Shown here piece after piece: positions 13,201 through 26,289 of a stretch of 64,000 nucleotides of DNA. Source of the stretch: Ranitomeya imitator (Eukaryota); NCBI RefSeq assembly GCF_032444005.1, contig NC_091291.1, positions 120,652,001-120,716,000 on the forward strand, given 5' to 3'. Position 1 is the first letter of the stretch. Each line of letters begins with the position of its first letter. Both the position numbers and the translations under genes were made by a program. The notes beneath the pieces are model-generated. The model saw only the letters and a program-made list of their open reading frames with translations, did no database searches and was not told the origin of the DNA.

Positions 13201-14284
13201 ATGGATTTTATTTTGGATCTCCGTCTCTCAAAAGATGTCGGTCATTTGGGTGGTTTGTGATCGCTTCTCTAAGATGGTCCATTTGGTACCCTTGTCTAAA
13301 TTGCCTTCTTCCTCTGATTTGGTGCCATTGTTTTTCCAGCATGTGGTTCGTTTACATGGCATTCCGGAGAACATCGTTTCGGACAGAGGTTCCCAGTTTG
13401 TTTCGAGGTTTTGGCGATCCTTTTGTGCTAGGATGGGCATTGATTTGTCTTTTTCCTCGGCTTTCCATCCTCAGACAAATGGCCAAACCGAACGAACTAA
13501 TCAGACTTTGGAAACATATCTGAAATGCTTTGTTTCTGCTGATCAGGATGATTGGGTGTCCTTTTTGCCTTTGGCTGAGTTCGCCCTTAATAATCGGGCC
13601 AGCTCGGCTACTTTGGTTTCGCCGTTTTTCTGCAATTCTGGTTTCCATCCTCGTTTCTCTTCAGGTCAGGTTGAGTCTTCGGACTGTCCTGGTGTAGATA
13701 CTGTGGTGGATAGGTTGCAGCAGATTTGGACTCATGTGGTGGACAATTTGACATTGTCCCAGGAGAAGGCTCAACGTTTCGCTAACCGCCGGCGCTGTGT
13801 GGGTCCCCGATTTCGTGTTGGGGATTTGGTTTGGTTGTCGTCTCGTTATGTTCCTATGAAGGTTTCCTCTCCTAAGTTTAAGCCTCGTTTCATTGGTCCG
13901 TATAAGATTTCTGAGGTTCTCAATCCTGTGTCATTTCGTTTGACCCTTCCAGCTTCTTTTGCCATCCATAATGTATTCCATAGGTCGTTGTTGCGGAGAT
14001 ACGTGGCGCCTGTGGTTCCATCCGTTGATCCTCCTGCCCCGGTGTTGGTTGAGGGGGAGTTGGAGTATGTGGTGGAGAAGATTTTGGATTCTCGTATTTC
14101 GAGACGGAAACTCCAGTACCTGGTCAAGTGGAAGGGTTATGGTCAGGAAGATAATTCCTGGGTCTTTGCCTCTGATGTTCATGCTGCCGATCTGGTTCGT
14201 GCCTTTCATTTGGCTCATCCTGGTCGGCCTGGGGGCTCTGGTGACGGTTCGGTGACCCCTCCTCAAGGGTGGGTACTGTTGTGA
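10236..14284 (+). pseudogene. gag-pol of element B (frameshifts near 10545, 10680, 11150, 11600 and 13230)
   Basis: CCHC knuckle CFYCGDSTHAISDC; protease FVDSGA; RT YLDDIL; RNase H DAS..G.GAVL and TDHKNL; integrase SDRGSQF and QTERTNQ; chromodomain YVVEKILDSR..YLVKWKGYGQEDNSW. Confidence 0.95.
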
Positions 14285-15097
14285 ATTCTGTTGTCAAGCT
14301 CCCTCCTGTGGTCATGAATGGTACTTTGGCTGGTTCTGTCCATGGGCTTCCTCTGGTGGTTGTGAGTGGGGCTGCGGCTTCTGAGTTTCCTTCCACAGGT
14401 GACGAGGTTAATTCGTTAGCTGGCTGCTCTATTTAACTCCACTTAGATCATTGCTCCATGCCACCTGTCAATGTTCCAGTATTGGTCTAGTTCGCTCCTG
14501 GATCGTTCTTGTGACCTGTCTTCCCAGCAGAAGCTAAGTTCCTGCTTGTTTTTCTCTTGTTTGCTATTTTTCTGTCCAGCTTGTTATTTTGATTTTTGTC
14601 TTGCTTGCTGGAAGCTCTGGGATGCAGAGGGGCGCCTCCGCACCGTGAGTCGGTGCGGAGGGTCTTTTTGCGCCCTCTGCGTGGTCTTTTTGTAGTTTTT
14701 GTGCTGACCGCAAAGTTACCTTTCCTATCCTCTGTCTGTTCAGTAAGTCGGGCCTCTCTTTGCTAAATCTATTTCATCTCTGTGTTTGTAATTTTCATCT
14801 TAACTCACAGTCATTATATGTGGGGGGCTGCCGTTTCCTTTGGGGAATTTCTCTGAGGCAAGGTAGGCTTTATTTTTCTATCTTTAGGGCTAGCTAGTTC
14901 CTTAGGTTGTGACGAGTTGCATAGGGAGCGTTAGGAGCAATCCACGGCTATTTCTAGTGTGTGTGATAGGATTAGGGTTTGCGGTCAGCAGAGTTCCGAT
15001 GTCCCAGAGCTTGTCCTATATTATTAGTAACTATCAGGTCATTCCGTGTACTCTTAACCACCAGGTCCATTATTGTCCTAACCACCAGGTCATAACA
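14277..15097 (+). repeat. 3' LTR of element B
   Basis: TGTTGTGAATT...GGTCATAACA. Confidence 0.95.
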
Positions 15098-15599
15098 GCC
15101 CCCCCATCCATAGGCAGCATGTATAGTATATTGCACCCCCATAGGCAGCCTGTATAGTATAATGCACCCCCATAGGCAGCCTATATAGCATATTGCACCC
15201 CCCATAGGCAGTCTCTATATTATAATAATGTAACCCCATAGGCAGCCTCTATAGCATGATGCACCACCATAAAAAAAAATCCAATACTCAACTCTCTTCC
15301 TCCTGGTTCCTCTACTGCAGAGAGCGCCTGCACGTCTCCGGACCGTGGGCGCCTAGTGGTGATGTCATCACGCCCGCTGCCATGTCAGCGTCGGTGACAT
15401 CAGACATTGAGAGGGGGATGATGGGAGAAGGAGTAACGTTCCCGCTCTCATCAATGCAGTCAGCTGTATTGGCTAGATACTGATACAGTTGAACCTGCGA
15501 TGACGGGTGGGGGGCCCACTGCTGGCACTGGCCCCCGCCTGCTCAGGGGCCCCTTTGCGACCAAGTGGAAAGCAGGGTGATCGATTCTCCCTGTGCAGG

Positions 15600-16010
15600 G
15601 CTACAATTTTGTTTCTGGTGTCCTTCGACAGCTCTTTGGTCTTCAGCATAGTGGAGTTTGGAGTGTGACTGTTTGAGGTTGTGGACAGGTGACTTTCATA
15701 CTGATAAGTTCAAACAGGAGCCATTACTACAGGTAATGAATGGAGGACAGAGGAGCCTCTTAAAGAAGAAGTTACAGGTCTGTGAGAGCCAGAAATCTTG
15801 CATGTTTTTAGGTGACCAAATACTTATTTTCCACCATAATTTGTAAAATAAATCTTGCCAAATCAGACAAGGTGATTTTCTGGATTTGTTTTCTCATTTT
15901 GACTTTCATAGTTGTGGTCTACCTAGGATGTCAATTACAGGCCTCTCTCATCTTTTTAAGTGGAAGAACTTGTACAATTGGTGGCTGACTATATACTTTT
16001 TTCCCCACTT
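15600..16010 (-). mobile_element. Tc1-like transposon 5' end fragment (TIR and promoter region)
   Basis: Ends ...ATACTTTTTTCCCCACT, contains the internal CCAAATACTTATTTT repeat, and is related to the TIR at 56396. Confidence 0.6.
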
Positions 16011-17787
16011 TGTGTTTTATTTTTTCCTGTGTTGAGCACTCAGAGCATTATTACTTTTTAAGGTCTCTAACTTTTAGAGGATGTTAGGGCTCAAGAGCTG
16101 AGCTTATGCCACACATGGGACTTGCCAGCTGTGTCACACAACTGGCATCTTGTTATGAAGCATTGACCAGAGCTGGCTCCAATTGCTGCTGTATAATCAC
16201 TTAAATGTTGTTGTTGTTGTCAATCACTAACAGTGACACCAGCGCAATAGTGAGTGCGCACGTCTCCCATCGCCTTCCACATGTGGCAATCGCAGTAAAA
16301 TGCATCAAAACATCATTATTCACCCCAAAAATGGTATCAATAAAAACTTTCAGCTTGACATTCAAAAATACACGCTCTCACATTTGCTGGACCAATGGGA
16401 AAATATAGAAATTATGGGTTTCAGAAAATGGCAACACAAACCAATTTTTTTAGTTTTTTTTTTTTTAAAGAATTTCCCAAAAGTTTTTTTCACCACCTGA
16501 CCTTTGTATAGAGATTTTTATTTTGTAACCGCATTGTCATCTGAAGAGGTGCCCACTGTACCCATTAGGATTAGGGCGCACGTCTGCAGTTGTAAGTATG
16601 AGTTACTCAAATTGGGGGTGACAATTTGACCCACCTCCTACGAACCCCTGACTCTGCCTTTGAGTGGTACACAAATGCGGCACAAAAAGACTAAAAGGAA
16701 GAAAAACTGTCATACAAATACGCGGAGCTCTAGAAATTTTTGGAGCAAATCTTTAATTACAAATATCAATAATTTATAAAGGTTACAGTAGATTTATATA
16801 GTAAGAAAGTGTAAAAATCATTTAGTTCTAAAAATATTAACATAGATTTAACAGCATTATGTAGGTCAGACTAGAGCACCACAAAATGAATGCAGATTTA
16901 GGGAGAAAAAAAATAAAAATTTAAGGAGTATGGTCCATAACCTGACGTACAGAGAACCGTAGGTAGATGGCCACTGATCTAAGCAATAAACAGTTCTTAA
17001 TAATTTTCAAGGGTTTATCTGAAAATTTGAAGGACATTCCCAATGCTAAATGGCAGATAGCTAAAGGCCTCAGACTGTGAACCCCACCAAAAACTAGAAC
17101 GGGAATACCAAGCCTTCCCAACTTCCTTCTCACTTCCCAAATGCTGGTTCACTAGATACTAAAGAGTGGACACAGACAGAAGAGGCCTTTGTGCAAAAAC
17201 AATATATGGGCCCTTTGTAGTGCAATAGCTCGTCATTCCGCACAATTCCCACGGCTTTGAAGGTGAGAGTGGTCCCCTTACCAGTTACACGTTGCCCCAA
17301 TGGTGTGTCCACCCCTGCTAATTACTCTGAGCCCTTTGGCCTGTCGGATGGACATGCATAGCAAAAAGCAAGTATATCAGCAAGAAGAATGAGGAATGAA
17401 GACCAGACTGTATGCACTAATGCAAAATCTGCAACCTAACGTGTCATTTAGAATACTGAGGTCTTTTTATGTGACAGAGGAGCCTTAAGCCTCATTAGGC
17501 TCAGGGGTCCGGGTGAAATTGCGACATCCAAATCCCCGATTTTCCTTAATTACATTACCAACTTGCATTTAAAGTAGAGCTCTGCCACCCATCAATGGGT
17601 TCTCTTGTTTCAATAAAAAAAATTGGTGACAGACTGGTAATGCTTAAATTAAAATAATAATAAGCATTAAAGGGAACCTGTCAGCAGGATTGTGCACAGT
17701 AAACTACAGACAGAGTCAGGTCGGTGCCGTTATACTGATTACAATGATACCTGCTCATGAAATCCATCTTATGGTTGTTCTTTAATA

Positions 17788-19367
17788 CAGGTCCTTCTCA
17801 AAAAATTAGCATATAGTGTTAAATTTCATTATTTACCGTAATGTAATGATTACAATTAAACTTTCATATATTATAGATTCATTATCCACCAACTGAAATT
17901 TGTCAGGTCTTTTATTGTTTTAATACTGATGATTTTGGCATACAACTCCTGATAACCCAAAAAACCTGTCTCAATAAATTAGCATATCAAGAAAAGGTTC
18001 TCTAAACGACCTATTACCCTAATCTTCTGAATCAACTAATTAACTCTAAACACATGCAAAAGATACCTGAGGCTTTTATAAACTCCCTGCCTGGTTCATT
18101 ACTCAAAACCCCCATCATGGGTAAGACTAGCGACCTGACAGATGTCAAGAAGGCCATCATTGACACCCTCAAGCAAGAGGGTAAGACCCAGAATGAAATT
18201 TCTCAACAAATAGGCTGTTCCCAGAGTGCTGTATCAAGGCACCTCAATGGTAAGTCTGTTGGAAGGAAACAATGTGGCAGAAAACGCTGTACAACGAGAA
18301 GAGGAGACCGGACCCTGAGGAAGATTGTGGAGAAGGACCGATTCCAGACCTTGGGGAACCTGAGGAAGCAGTGGACTGAGTCTGGTGTGGAAACATCCAG
18401 AGCCACCGTGCACAGGCGTGTGCAGGAAATGGGCTACAGGTGCCGCATTCCCCAGGTAAAGCCACTTTTGAGCTACAGAGAAGCAGCACTGGACTGTTGC
18501 TAAGTGGTCCCAAGTACTTTTTTCTGATGAAAGCAAATTTTGCATGTCATTCGGAAATCAAGGTGCCAGAGTCTGGAGGAAGACTGGGGAGAAGGAAATG
18601 CCAAAATGCCTGAAGTCCAGTGTCAAGTACCCACAGTCAGTGATGGTGTGGGGTGCCATGTCAGCTGCTGGTGTTGGTCCACTGTGTTTCATCAAGGGCA
18701 GGGTCAATGCAGCTAGCTATCAGGAGATTTTGGAGCACTTCATGCTTCCATCGGCTGAAATGCTTTATGGAGATGAAGATTTCATTTTTCAGCACGACCT
18801 GGCACCTGCTCACAGTGCCAAAACCACTGGTAAATGGTTTACTGACCATGGTATTACTGTGCTCAATTGGCCTGCCAACTCTCCTGACCTGAACCCCATA
18901 GAGAATCTGTGGGATATTGTGAAGAGAAAGTTGAGAGACGCAAGACCCAACACTCTGGATGAGCTTAAGGCCGCTATTGAAGCATCCTGGGCCTCCATAA
19001 CATCTCAGCAGTGTCACAGGCTGATTGCCTCCATGCCACGCCGCATTGAAGCAGTCATTTCTGCCAAAGGATTCCCGACCAAGTATTGAGTGCATAACTG
19101 AACATTATTATTTGTTGGTTTTTTTGTTTGTTATTAAAAAACACTTTTATTTGATTGGATGGGTGAAATATGCTAATTTATTGAGACAGGTTTTTTGGGT
19201 TATCAGGAGTTGTATGCCAAAATCATCAGTTTTAAAACAATAAAAGACCTGACAAATTTCAGTTGGTGGATAATGAATCTATAATATATGAAAGTTTAAT
19301 TGTAATCATTACATTATGGTAAATAATGAAATTTAACACTATATGCTAATTTTTTGAGAAGGACCTG
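17788..19367 (+). mobile_element. Tc1 (DD34E) transposon, IR/DR type, full-length but defective
   Basis: ~210-bp TIRs starting CAGGTCCTTCTCAAAAAATTAGCATAT with an internal AAATTAGCATAT repeat; TA TSD at 17786-87 and 19368-69. Confidence 0.95.
18117..19089 (+). pseudogene. Tc1 transposase with a deletion/frameshift and stop near 18470-18505
   Basis: MGKTSDLTDVKK HTH region; FSDES; QHD...(34)...E in SPDLNPIENLW. Confidence 0.9.
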
Positions 19368-19387
19368 TATAGTTATAATTTTATATA

Positions 19388-20811
19388 CAGTGTGTCCGTA
19401 AAGTCATGGTGCACTTTTGACCAGTCACTGGAAAGCAACAAAAAAAAATGATAGAAATGTGAAATCTGCTCCAAATAAAAGAAAAACTCTCTCAGTTTCA
19501 TACCTATTCAGTGCAGTTCGATGTGGGCTCCATTTGATGCCCTACACCCATCCAAAGAATAGTGAAGTTCTTGCCACACACAGGTAAGGACGTCTGGTGT
19601 AACAGAGTTAATAATGTCTGTGATTCTCCGTTTTAAGTGATTAATGTCGTTTATACGTTCAATGTACACATGTTGCTTCACGTAACCCCAAAAGTAAAAG
19701 TTTAAGGGCCTCAGATACGGGGATCGTGGTGGCCATGGCTTGACAGAACCCCTGCCTATCCACCGCCGGGGGAATGTTCTATCCAGAAACTCCCGAACAA
19801 TGGTGGCATAGTGTGGAGGAGCGCCGTCCGGTTGAAAGACGACACCTTCTGGAAATTGTGGCACTGCATACAATTCCAACATGTCAAGATACGTGTTTGC
19901 CGTCACAGACCCCTCCGTGACAAAAAATGGGCCTATCACCTTATCATGCATCAGGCCACACCACACGTTCACTTTAGGGGTGTTACGTTCGTACTCAACG
20001 TAGGTATGAGGACGTTCAAGCAGCCCATATTCGGACGTTATGGTGATGAACATGTCCACCGATATGGAAGGTCACCTCATCGCTAAATACAATCTTCTGC
20101 AAAAATCTGGCATCATTGTCGATCTCCTGAAGCTTATCTGTAGCAAATGCGTCTTGTTTGGGTCTATCTGCCGGTTTGATAGCGTGCAACAGCCGTAATT
20201 TGTACCCCGTAAAACAGAGACGTTTCTTTAATACCTTATGAAGTGTAGTCTTGCTTAGGTGTTATTGTCGCGCACACACAGATTATTTAGGGCTCCTTAA
20301 GTAGCTATCCCGTATAGCCTCTACAGACTCGTCACTGACTGATGGTCTACCAGAGCGGGGTTTTTCCACCAAACTGCCGGTTTCCTTCAACTGCTTACTC
20401 CAGAGAGTAATGTTATTCCTATGTGGTGACGCTTCGTTATAAACACGTAGCACTTTTGTCACGGATTCGAATTTAGCGATCCACAAAACACACTCAGCTT
20501 TCCTCTGTACCGTCCACCTCTCGACTGGCATGGAAAACCACACGGTTGGCATAAGCTTGTGGTTGCATGATGTCACAGACCTGGCAGTGTATTGATCAGA
20601 GTCCAGTTTATCAGGGGCTAATCTGACTGGGGGCTCAGCAACGGCTTAAATGAGTTTGTGTTGTTTGATTGGTTCTGGTTATCTCTCCTCATGAACAGGT
20701 CTGATATGAAAGGGCCACAGAAAGGGCGCCAAAATGTAAGGGCGCCAAAATGTAAACTATAAATAGATCCTGTGACTGGTCAAAAGTGCACCATGACTTT
20801 ACGAACACAAA
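19388..20811 (-). mobile_element. Mariner-like DD41D-spacing (rosa/Visitor-type) transposon, degraded
   Basis: TIR CAGTGTGTCCGTAAAGTCATGGTGCACTTTTGACCAGTCAC, inverse at 20771-20808; VFSDE (~20080); 41 residues between the D of FQPDG and the N (ancestral D) of WPPRSPYLRPLNFYFWG. Confidence 0.8.
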
Positions 20812-22036
20812 ATATATTATATAATAATTATATAATGGAAAATATAGTTGCAATTAGTGAACCTTCCCCTCTAGGCTTTTCCTTTTTTTTTTTTTTTTTT
20901 TAATAATACAGAAAATAGGAAAATTCCTTCAAATCAACTTAAGCAGCAGGAGCATGACTGGCGATGACACCTTTATTTTTATACATACCATATTTCTAAA
21001 ATAAAAAAAATAAAAAATTAAAAAAAAGTAAAAAACAAATTTTTAATTAATAAATAAGTCTGCAATTAACATCTGGTTGAGTTACCGTTATCAGAATAAT
21101 TAAATGTGAAAAAATATTTAAAAGAATGGTAATAACCGTAAAACATCGACATTCATGGGAAGTCTTGGTTCACACTTGTGTCCGCAGTTTTTACCTGAGA
21201 AAATCTTGCCCCACATTCTGTATTGGTTAGACATTAGCTAAAAAAATAAAAAAGTTATAACTCGGTCCCCTAAACCAAGCCATGCTCCCTATAACTGTAG
21301 ACATGAGGCTATAGGGTTGAAGTAAAATATGCAATGTATTAGTTTATTAGCTCAACAGGGGGATACATCGGATTTGTTTTGAGGACCTGCGATAGCAGAG
21401 AGAAGTTACAACGGTGTCTATCCTGCTGGAGGAGTGGGAATATCTGGGAAATTGAAAGAAATCAGATGAGTTTCCCTTTATGCCAAGCTTTACCCAAAAA
21501 AAAAAAAGAGTGAGAAAAGAAAAAAAAAAAAGAGAGTGTGAGAAGAGGAAAAATTGAGAAAAAAAAAAAAAAAGTGTGAGAAGAGGAGATGATGAGCTCG
21601 TAACCTACCATACAGGATGACCATCCTGCAGGACACTGTGAATTAGGGGTTTATTATGTGATAACAGGTTCCCTTTAACATGTAATATTTAGGCAGCCTG
21701 CAGCCACCACTAGAGGGAGCTTACTGTATACACAGAGTGAATTCGCTCTTGTGCTCCCCCTGGTGGTGACTACAGGAAGCCTGAATTTTACATTTTAAAT
21801 TATGAATATGTACAGAATTTGAAATCTATAAAGATATATTAGGAATAAAATGTTGGGCCCCTAAAACAATACGATGATAAAAAGATTCACTTTAAATCTC
21901 TATGAAGCAATCTGTAGAGCCTCACAATCACTAAAAGCTCATAAAAGTAAGGTAGAGGGTCTAAGAATAGGTTCAGCGAGCTCAACCATTCATGTACGTT
22001 TGGTATATGGATACTGCCCTTTCATCATTATTGAGT

Positions 22037-22215
22037 TTATACAGAGATGGAGCCTTCTCGGAAATTGGTTCTTCCAATAAGCACATTGATCAGTGCAGCT
22101 TTCCCCTTTCGGGACGCGTCTTGAGCCTCCTTGAGGATGTCAGCTATTCTGTCTTCATCTTGTCGAGTGACCAGGAAACCTTTACCTCCAAAACCGTCGG
22201 CCACAACATGGTAAT
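22037..22215 (-). CDS. ILVBL: ILVBL/HACL2 coding exon 15 (last, stop TAA)
   Basis: TGCAG|AT TAC: DYHVVADGFGGKG...LIGRTNFREGSISV*, matching the C-terminus of vertebrate ILVBL. Confidence 0.95.
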
Positions 22216-22289
22216 CTGCACAGAAGTAAAGTATGGTTGAAAACAGCTCCTTCACTCATAGATAAGAGAGTGGGGGTCAGTAACGACCA

Positions 22290-23292
22290 CCCGATCAGCC
22301 ACGTGACTCATACTGTGTAGGTCCCAGTTGTGTTGTCAACATCGCTTTGACCCATTAAGACCTTGACCTGACAAGGTGTTCATCCCCAAGACGTTAGTAG
22401 AGAGCTTTGGCCTCCATGGATCAGATTTCTTTTTCTAGAACATCCCACACTTGCTTGATCAAGCTGACGCCTTGATCTTCTTGTCATATTCCTCTAACCA
22501 TTCCCGAGCTTGAGTTTTGCAATGTAACAGGACCCATTATCCGACTAATAGAGACCTCTGCCATTATGGAATGAAACTGCCATGGAGACGTGTGCATGGT
22601 CTTTACAAGATAAGGGATGCCTGTCACAGTGTCAACCACATGATGCCAATACCACACATTGCGCCTACTATCTGGTCTTCTTCCTGATAATGTATACTGG
22701 TCCCATCTCTTCCCTACCCGCCATCCACATGACGTAAAAGAAAACATGGTCAACGTCTACCATTGCTCCATGCTCTTGAACCCATTGCAGGTTCTATTGT
22801 TGGGCACCATGACCGGCCTGCAGCTACGCAGCCCAACACTCAGCAAGGAGTGCAGTCTGACAACTTTTTATCACAGCCAGTAGTAACTTTTTAGTAGTTT
22901 CTCCTCCAGTTGCTCTTTTTGTTGGACCAGACAGGCTAGCCTTCACTTCCCATGCACAGTGAGCCTTGCGTGCTCATAACCCTGAAACTAGATGTCCACC
23001 CATGGATCATTTTTGGTAGATATGGACCACATCATACCGGTAATACCCCACAAGATATGTCATTTTGGAGATGCCCTGACAGTCATCTAGCCATCAATAT
23101 TTGGGCCTGGTCAAAATCATAATGGAGGCCAGCCACAGTTTGCATTTTCCTTGCTTCCAACCCATGCACTTCTAGAAGTGACTGTTCACCCTGCTGCCTT
23201 AAATCCCAAGCATGTTGGTAAGTTCACCTGCCTTTGGTTTAGCCGATCAGCGTACACCTAATATGGCACACCCAACGTTTTTGCACACCCTG
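22290..23292 (-). mobile_element. Old degenerate Tc1-like remnant in the last ILVBL intron
   Basis: Minus strand ends ...GGGACCTACACAG (Tc1 GPTQY-like end); fragmentary transposase-like words; TIR-like TTTGCACACCCTG at ~23280. Confidence 0.4.
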
Positions 23293-23666
23293 TGATGGCT
23301 GTGCAAGCCTTTGACTGCTGCAGTCAGTCACTGGCCACAGTGGTCATACATTGGTCAGCACTGCACTTAGCCATTTGCTGCAGTGGTCACATGTCTATAC
23401 AGCAAGAAGATGATGTATGGAACCAATTTCAACCTGTGAAATGTTAGAAGTGCAGGGGATCTGTACGACGGGTAGGTTTTACTTTATTTAGTCCATTGTA
23501 TAACATACTCTTATAGTTAGTACTGAAAAAGAAGCTGGTCCATGGAGGTCAACCTAAATGGTCAGAGGATATACAATATGGCTTAGTGGCACCACGAACA
23601 GTCAACACAACATACACGGTCATGTGCTAGAGCAGCAAGAAAAGACAAGACTCCGGCATATCTTAC

Positions 23667-23772
23667 CATTAAAAGCCAGACCACATGCAACATTGCTCCC
23701 CAGCATAGGAACTTGCTCCCGAGAGATCTGGCTCCAGCAGGCATCATTTCCAACAATGGAAATAATGGGAGT
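23667..23772 (-). CDS. ILVBL: ILVBL coding exon 14
   Basis: CCAG|ACT: [36 protein letters not shown]|GTAAG; 106 bp. Confidence 0.95.
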
Positions 23773-25548
23773 CTGGAAGGCAAGAGGTCATCCATTACTA
23801 TACTTGTAGTGAAATATGCACAGGTATGAATGTATGACTAGCAGTAATTTAACATCTGTCCTGAGGCTGCAGGTCTCACAGGGGTCACAGCACATGTTAT
23901 CCTGAAAAGGCAGTCTCCTGTCTCCAATCTCGCCAGGGGGCCTTGCAAAGAACCAGGAAGGGGAAACGTTTCACACCTTCTGGCTCTTTTGATGAGAGAT
24001 ATCAATTACAGCCTGACACTATCCATCTATGAGAAACGTGACAAAAAGAGTTTCAGAGAAAATATTATATTCATTGGTGCAGTGGCCATGGTACAGTCAC
24101 AAACCAGCAATTATAATATTAACATGAGACGCTGGTTTAGAAATTTGACCTCTAGGCTGACTATAAATTAGGCCTACACACAAAGAAAGATGTTCACATG
24201 TGGGGGCAGCCTGGAAAGCTGATGTGAGCCATTCCATATTTCTCCCTCCCTCAGGGACAGAGAACCAGAATGCAAAGTTCGATATTTCTGTAACTTTTAT
24301 CCCTTTATTTTATCACTGTTTTTGCATATTTGTATGTCACTTTTTATTCCCATATTTTTATACCCTTTTTAATTGTAAGCACTGTACCTTTTCTATTAAA
24401 GCTTAAAACTTTAATAAGTCTGAACTTTGTATGCTCTAAAGAATCCATAGCCTTAAAGTGTGTGATCCTTATGATTGGTAGACAGTATTAGTAATATTTC
24501 CGGGACTCATCGCCCGTGTGTTTGGTGAGTGGTGGCAGCGTGCATGAGAAGGGTGTGTGGCCTGTGACAGTGTATGACTTATGCTCCCATTACAGCATAG
24601 GACAGAGGTTGAATGCTGGACTGAGTGAGAGGAGATAGATTAACCCTTGCAGGCGCAACCCCAAGTCACGTACCGAGAAGCGGGTACGTGACCATAGTAT
24701 TATCTTTTTCCATTTTTTTTTTTTTAAAGCCATGTCCACTTGTGCAGCCATTTCTGTAATACAAATTAAACCCATTATAGGTTTATTGCTAGCAAAGGAA
24801 ATGATTTACTGTTCATTGGGTTCTGATTGATCCCAATATGGAGGCTCTGGAACCTGGTTCTGCAGAGCCCCACCCTGAATGAAGAAGAGGTGCGCATGCT
24901 TGACCACCGCCCCATTCATTGCCTATGGGAGAGAAAGCAAAGTATAAAGCTTGGTTATTTCACAAAGTCCTATAGACAATGAATGAAGCAGAGGTGGAAC
25001 ATGTGCACCTATGCTTTATTCAAGATAAGGGTCTGCAGAGGCGGGTTCTTGGCTTCCATCACCTAATTCTCAGGATAATTGGGGGGGGGGGGAAGGGGTA
25101 GGCATTCACAATGATTAGACCCCCATTGATAACATTTTCATAAATGAATAATGGACATGAAAATAAGAAACTTTTCCATATATCCGATGAAAGAAATCTG
25201 CTTCTATCTTCTCCTGGACTGATTCTTCACTCTCAAAATTCTCATTTCACAGGTATAATATGTTTTCAGTGACTACAGATTTTTCCATCAATGAGATGGG
25301 AGATGACAGTTGGTGATCATAAAGTTCTACGGAGAACTGTAACTATGGTTTTAGTCTTCTTTTAGCTCCTCCTCCATAGAATTTTAAATGCAGTAGAAAG
25401 AATCAGATCTCTCGGATAAGATATTACAAATTTGCTTATTTTCATGTGCATTATTGATTGATGAAATAAAAACAATAAAGACGATTACTTTGACTGTAAA
25501 CTATGAAGATTAGAACATTTTCTAACAAAATTACAGAACATAGCTCAC

Positions 25549-25620
25549 CTTATGGCGAGTGTATGTGTCATACTCTACAATACTGTATCCCAACGAGCCA
25601 TCTCCAAATACAACCCAAAC
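25549..25620 (-). CDS. ILVBL: ILVBL coding exon 13 (ThDP-binding GDG motif)
   Basis: TAAG|GTT: [24 protein letters not shown]|GTGAG; 72 bp. Confidence 0.95.
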
Positions 25621-26218
25621 CTTAAAAGAAAAAAAAAAAAAAAATTGTAAAAATAAAATCATAAGAGTTATTTAAAGGTAAAAATAAGGGCCCAAATTTA
25701 TCATTTTCATTTTTATCTTATCTTTGATATTTTGTATTTTGTTACCCCAAATTCTTCAAAATGGCGCATTCGATTCATGAATTTTGAACAAAGTTAAAAA
25801 TGCTTTTTATTTATTTATTTATTTTTTTTATTGTTTTGTTTTTTTCTGGACTGTTCAGTACAAAAAAAAAAAAAAATATGAATCATGTTTCGCAAAATGG
25901 AGCAAAGACTAAACCAAAATATCTAACTTACATCAAATCATGTGGGAACTAGAGTATATTGGTGACTTTTCAAAAGTATATGCAAATAATGAATCCGGAG
26001 AAAATATCTATAAAACCTATTAACAGTGGCAAACTTAAAAAAAAAAATGAACAAAAGACAAAAGAACTCCAAAAAAAAGCACAAATGGAAAGATGAAAAG
26101 GTGCAAAAAAAATAAAATAAAAGTTGCAAAACACTAAAAACCCAACAAAAAAAATGCACAAATTAAAAATTGAAATTGGGTCCTAAGACTCCGTTTAGAC
26201 CATTGAGAGTTCTAGTAC

Positions 26219-26289
26219 CTCTGATTCTGGCCGACAAAGTTTGGCTCCCAAAGCAAATCCTCCTCCAACTCCCAAAGTACCAAAAGCAC
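26219..26289 (-). CDS. ILVBL: ILVBL coding exon 12
   Basis: TCAG|GT GCT: (G)AFGTLGVGGGFALGAKLCRPESE|GTACT; 71 bp. Confidence 0.95.

Larger units (their letters stand above)
9296..15097 (+). mobile_element. Full-length Ty3/Gypsy chromovirus (Tf1/sushi-type) element B, inactivated by frameshifts
   Basis: Two LTRs, gag-PR-RT-RH-IN-chromodomain order, polypurine tract AAGGGTGGG before the 3' LTR, GCCCCC on both flanks. Confidence 0.95.
17671..21674. mobile_element. TTAA-target (T2/Kolobok-type) MITE enclosing two younger DNA transposons
   Basis: TTAA|AGGGAACCTGT at 17667-17681 and ACAGGTTCCCT|TTAA at 21664-21678; same TIR as 53455 and 57311. Confidence 0.55.

Noticed and set aside
16921-17312. 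Two adjacent short minus-strand ORFs
   Set aside because: No recognisable motif and no convincing splice sites; possibly an old repeat relic.
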